From: Utricularia gibba
Lineage: Eukaryota; Plantae; Magnoliophyta
Length of the DNA stretch: 64,000 nucleotides
Reading direction: 5' to 3'
NCBI GenBank assembly: GCA_002189035.1
Contig: NEEC01000011.1
Span: 2,170,001-2,234,000 of the forward strand
Part shown: in pieces, positions 58,946 through 64,000 of the stretch
Position numbering within the stretch: position 1 is the stretch's first letter
Layout: every line of letters starts with the position of its first letter
Program-made: the position numbers and the translations under genes
Notes under the pieces: generated by a model
Seen by the model: only the letters and a program-made list of their open reading frames with translations
Databases searched by the model: none
What the model was told of the DNA's origin: nothing

Positions 58946-59851
58946 GGTTTTGTTTTTATGAGTATAGGTTTTGGGTAGTTGAGGTTCATCATCTTCGGAC
59001 ATATTTTGTGCTTGTAGCCACCAAATATTCTCCTGATCTTGTACACCCAACTTCTTTTTCTTTTCATCACATGACACAACTTCACATTGTTCTACGCACC
59101 ATTGATCGCTTTGACTCGTGTTGGTTTGTTTAAATATTGCATCTTTCTGCTTTTATTGTATGGATCTGATGCCTGAACAGTTCTGTGACTTCTGAGTAGT
59201 CGCCATTTAGTGCTCGATAAAACTGTCAGTGGTTGGTTGGATGAGTTATGTCCTAATCTTCATGATAGTTAGTTGAGTTAGCATTCTCTCTTCATTAATG
59301 CCACAGTGCTCTGTTTCCTCCAATATTCTGTAGTTTGGTTATGTCATTTAATGGTGATCCCCAGCCCAATTAAGTGAGCTTATGACTATGCTAGTCCTAT
59401 GCCTGGTTGGAGCGCTTTTGCATTTACTGGGCCAAAAACCAGCTGAAAGTGGAGGCTCTGCTGAATTATTCATTCAATGAAAATGATTCTGAATGACAAC
59501 TGAAGCATCCACGTGCTGATTCACTTGTCCAAAGTGTTGCTTTTTTGTGTTTTCTTCAGTAAAATTGAGTTTACTACACTTACATTGGTTTTATCCTCTC
59601 TGCTTCCTGCTATTGCTATTCCCTCTTGCTGTTGGTATGCTCTGGAATCTACTGCAACTGTTTCCTGGTTTCCTTAGATGGTTCTTTTGCCTGTTTTAGG
59701 AGACACAGCACTGTTTTCGAGTAGATCAAATAACATGGAGCTGATACATGGATGGTGGATCACCAATCCAGAAGACTAGCAAACACACAAATGCACCTTC
59801 AGTGTGCTTATTCCAACACAAACCCTGCATGGAGCAAGCACTGGATCATGC

Positions 59852-60190
59852 TCAAGGAGCTGATGGCACCTCAAAGCCTGGGTTGGGTACGAATGTGTCG
59901 TCCCCGCCAGGTATTATGCTTCGTCTGGTTGCCCCACCAAACCTGGGGACTTGAGCACCTCCAGGCTCTCCGGTGATGGGGTTAGTGTTGAATGGATCAG
60001 CACACTTTTTGGGTAACATGAAACGGCCTAATCCCGGCACCAGCATCGTCCCATGATCAAAGTGGCCAAACCAGTGAGGATGCAGCTTCTTGAAGCCGGA
60101 GATGTTTCGCCCGGCGACGGTCTGACCTGCAAGAAAGACAAGGGATGCAAGAAGAAGAATCAGAGATGCAGCTCTTGGTGTTGAAGCCAT
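59852..60190 (-). CDS. Small secreted putative cell-wall protein (IPGGDDTFVPNPGFEVP motif)
   Basis: Signal peptide MASTPRAASLILLLASLVFLAGQTVAG-R, G..LVPGLGRF, NPITG, and C-terminal GGDDTFVPNPGFEVP. Alternative start at 60199. Confidence 0.75.
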   Translation of the reverse strand: MASTPRAASLILLLASLVFLAGQTVAGRNISGFKKLHPHWFGHFDHGTMLVPGLGRFMLPKKCADPFNTNPITGEPGGAQVPRFGGATRRSIIPGGDDTFVPNPGFEVPSAP

Positions 60191-60643
60191 TTTCCTCATG
60201 ACAGAATGTACCGGGAAGGCTGTTTATGGTCTGATTTGCTGCTGCTTCCACGGTGGCTTTAATGAACAGAGTTCATCAGACCAAATCACTACGGCCAGTA
60301 AATGCAGTGATCTCGTGCAAGTACCAGATTTCAGCAAACGTATACTTAATACAACTGAGAGGTTCCCATCCAAAGTATGCTTCATTGGGAACACGAGGTG
60401 AATGCTCATCAAATTCCAAGTTACAACCAGAAGGTGGCTGGTAACTCTGAAGAGTAGGAGCCATTCACATTGGAAATGTAAAGGGTAGAGGCTTTTCTCT
60501 GTGAAAGAGCATTTAGCTTTTCCGTTCTGACACAACTTTGGGGCAACTATGGTGAAAGGCTATCATCCACTCCAATGAACACAAGCAGATACAGAGAGAA
60601 AAAAACATGGGACACAGAGGTTAGATCGATGGGTGAATGACAA

Positions 60644-62294
60644 TCATGACGGCGGACGGTCACCGGAAAACTTCATAAGTCGAACCAGCGAGTTAACTCT
60701 GGTCAAGCCCTCCAAACCGGACCATGCATCATCTTCAGACTTGGCATTTGCATCGACAGCACGGCAATCACCGTCATGGGAGGATCGGACGGTGAAGTTC
60801 CTTTGAAGATATGGCTCCGTTGAGTTCTCACCGTCGTGGCTCTGCGGAGTTTGTTGGGCTGAGTGTTCAGCATCAGAATCAGTAATCTTCTCATCCAAAA
60901 ACAAGCAGACTACTGCGCAGTCATCCATCTTAGTTGTGGGATATTTGACTCGCCATCCACGTGCTGCTCCCTCCACGACAAGCCTCGCTGCTGCGGATCG
61001 TGTCGGGGATGATGACACAATATCGACTACTTCTTGGTTGTTGAGTACATCCCAAACCTGCATTGCCAACAGGGTTTCGATCAATAGCTCCAAAGTTGCA
61101 GTCTTACTTTTTGCATCAGGGGTTTGAGAAGGCATACACCATCAGAAGCAAGAACGACGAAGGTGTCGCGATCGGTGAGTGTCCGGTGCGAGAATTCTGG
61201 AACGGAGATGACACCATATCCCTTCAAGCAGAAGTCTCCAAAAGCTCGAGCCATTGCCAAACCAGGAGCATCATCGAAAGGAAGCCAAACTCTCTGGACA
61301 TCCGGCTCATCTTCTAGAGCAAAAACTCGACCTTTGCATCGCTTTATCCTTTCCGCCTCCTCTGTTACAATACCAGAGATCATGAAGCTGCAAACAAAAA
61401 TGAAGCCCCCAGAATTCGAAAGCTTACTCGGCAGATCAGGCTTGAGATCAACTGTTAACTGGGTGGCGACCATTGAATCATTGTTGTCTCTAGATCCCAT
61501 TATTGCTCGAGAATCCCCAACGTTTCCAATGAAAAGATTCGACCCCTTCAATGAAATCAACCAGAATTAAAGCTCAGATCATGAGGAGAGCTGCTTCTGT
61601 TAAAGCTACCTTTTTTATAACAGTCACAGCGGTGCTGCCACTGCAAAAGCAATCTACATTAGGATGGCGCCTCAGCTCTTTGTCCATGGCTTTGTATGAT
61701 TTGAGAAAAGTTTCTTTGTACAAGGATCGAAGTTCTTCGTCAGCCAAACCATCGTTCTCCAGATCTAGTGAGTCTGATTTGACGTTCTCACAGCAGCAAC
61801 TGGTATTTCTTCCATTTTTCTTCGACTCCAAGGAGTTGATGATGGAGGAGAGCTTCAGAGGTAAAACATCTCGTACTCTGCGAGCAACCAGATGTCCATG
61901 GGGGCCATGACCATCAAAGATTCCACAAAAGGTGACATCTTCAGCCATGAAATTCTGAAAACACATGATCAAGAAAGTGTGTGAAGCAATGTAACTGAGT
62001 AGATGAGATGGGACATAGAATGAAATTCGAACGCACTTCCCACACGATCATAGCGTCTTGATTTATGCCTTTTCTTCCCTGTTGAGTAAACAAGCAGGCA
62101 GTGCTGCTCCTACCGTTGGTGAAAATGCGGTTTGGAATGGAATATAAATCTTGCAGTGTAGCTACATTATCTGAAAACCAGCCCCGCCTCCTCCAGGGGA
62201 GAAGATCTGCAATCAAACAAGAGGAAGAAGCTGCCTCTCTGTCGCTCCGGCTGCTGCAACCATTCGAGCTACTCTTTGAGACGCAACCACCCAT
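60644..62294 (-). CDS. Protein phosphatase 2C (N-myristoylated, clade E-like), 5 exons
   Basis: MGGCVS N-terminus, FTQQGRKGINQDAMIVWE, FCGIFDGHGPHGH, CFCSGSTAVT, GNVGDSRA, LTVDLKPDLP, PGLAMARAFGD, VLASDGVWDV and DDCAVVCLF. Confidence 0.95.
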
Positions 62295-64000
62295 TTTCTC
62301 AACCCCACAAACAGCAGTTCATCTAGTAGATCTTAACTTCTGAAACACTCTTCTCCTTCCACTTCACACTGTTTTAAGGAAGCTCAAAAAACATCAGCGC
62401 CCAAGTATTGACAGAAGAGTACAAAACAACAACTTCCTCATGCTTACAAATGGCACTAAAAGCTACTGCTGGATTGATCTAAATTCGATAATCCAACAAC
62501 ATGATGTGAAGTATGCATATAATTTCTCTTCAACTATTCATCGCAAAGATGTCGCTTCACGGATCCCACAACATTTATAATTATTAAATGTTGCATAAGC
62601 CATTATGTTAATAACCCCAAAACAATCACAGATCTCTGCAAGAGCATATTTAGAAAGTAAAGAATACAAGAGATCTGCTTTTCGAATCACTCGGAAATTT
62701 GGTTCGCAACAGCACTAATAGAGATCCGTCACCCTTCTTTCGGTGAGTTTTTGTCGAACAGGTAAAGCGAAAAGAGAAAACAGAAGGAAAGAACCAGTCC
62801 AAGAAGCAAAAAAGACGAGCAGATCATTACGGGGAAAGTAAACAGAAAAAAAAAAAAAGGCGAGAGCTCAGACCCCGAACGGAATGCGAGAAACTTTAAT
62901 ACTCCTGGTAACACAAAAAACCCAGGATCAAGATTCAATTTTCACACCCATTTGGGCGATCCCGCCAGAAAAGGAACGGCATACAAGACAAAGTCAAGAG
63001 TTTTTTACCTTTGGAGTTTTGCGGGTTTAATACGGCACACATTTAGCAGAAGAATGTGACACCCATGAGGGGCATTCTCGAAATGATGAGAGCGAAGCTG
63101 CAGTTGCGTGTGAGACGATAAAAGACGCAAAAGTGAGAGCAGAAAGCTCGATCCTGGAAGGTGCAGTCACTGGAAGCGTATGTGGGAGGTGTATATGTGT
63201 TGCGTCTTAGGAGAAGGAGAGGTGAGGTTAGTGCAGTCCAGATGACATTGACACAAGCTCGCTTTAAGCCGCTATTCCTTTCCATTACTGCTATCGGAAA
63301 GTAACCCAGCCGCGTAGCGGCGCGTATCACACCCACACCGAATGATTCTCCCTTGGGCTTTTCCGGCAGTGGGCTCTGCTGCCGGCCCCTAACCCAAGTG
63401 AGGATCAAGTGAAAAGGAGAAAAAGAAGGATAAGAAGAAAAGCGCACGTGGCCTCCCTCTTCTTTTGCTTTTGTCCAATTCCCAAAAGTCAACCACATGG
63501 GCACATCTCCAAGATTCAATTCCCGGGGATCGATACAAATTCTTGTGAATCCCCCATGTTTGCGTGTTCTGTCATCCACCCACAAAGTAGCGCTTTCTGC
63601 AACACAGATAACACTCGCTCACATTCACCACATACCCTCTCCGGGTGAGCTTATACACTTAAACCCCTTGTTTAGTAATTGGTATAAGCACAGATATATG
63701 GTATGTTTGGTAATTGGTATAAGTTTTTTTCGATACATTTATTTATCTTACTATAAACATATATTTATCACACATGACACCCCTCCTTAAATTTATACTA
63801 ATATCATAAATAAATTTCTATCAATATAATATATACTGATATAACTACCAAATTTAGAGCTTCCTAATCACTGTCTTTCCATGAAACCCATGTTTTTTTA
63901 ACTCCCAAACTTTTGAGAAACTAGATTCAATGAGTAATAGAATCATCAATGTTTAGTGGAATAAGGGTTCTTAAGTTTCAATAAAAATATTTTCAAATGC

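Noticed and set aside
62409-62420. TTGACAGAAGAG resembles the miR156/157 5' end
   Set aside because: The match stops after 12 nt and there is no fold-back partner.
63173-63186. TCCCACAT (snRNA USE-like) on the minus strand and nearby CCCTAACCC, suggesting an snRNA or telomerase RNA gene
   Set aside because: No TATA at the required USE spacing and no recognisable snRNA or TR body. The 180-aa ORF at 63043-63585 also lacks motifs.

Overview
Eukaryotic plant nuclear DNA, inferred to be a eudicot (probably an asterid) with a compact genome: about 22 protein-coding genes in 64 kb, GT-AG introns mostly 60-150 nt, and AT-rich spacers. In order: iPGAM (+), PsbP (-), reticulon (+), mitochondrial DEAD-box helicase (-), DHHC S-acyltransferase (-), GH17 beta-1,3-glucanase with X8 (+), secreted LRR protein (-), HAC1-type CBP/p300 acetyltransferase (-), IBR5-type phosphatase (+), CCCH zinc finger (-), UGT94-like glycosyltransferase (-), ARM protein (+), PUX/p47 (+), two small minus-strand ORFs, B-box protein (+), LRR protein (+), unknown basic protein (+), NDB external NADH dehydrogenase (-), a minus-strand tandem cluster of box C/D-like RNAs, an unknown protein followed immediately by tRNA-Gln(CTG) (+), a small cell-wall protein (-) and a PP2C (-). 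Main observations: (1) an unannotated tandem array of ~117-nt box C/D-like RNAs with a conserved internal hairpin and apparently doubled internal boxes, plus an unrelated 85-nt C/D RNA; (2) seven apparent single-base deletions, at or consistent with short homopolymers, break six otherwise intact genes, which looks more like consensus error than pseudogenisation; (3) a spliced 59-aa small ORF behind paired ABRE/G-boxes; (4) a tRNA 27 nt after a stop codon; (5) a ~300-bp tandem duplication in the glucanase 3' region. All exon boundaries and family assignments were read by eye and from remembered motifs. No database search was run.
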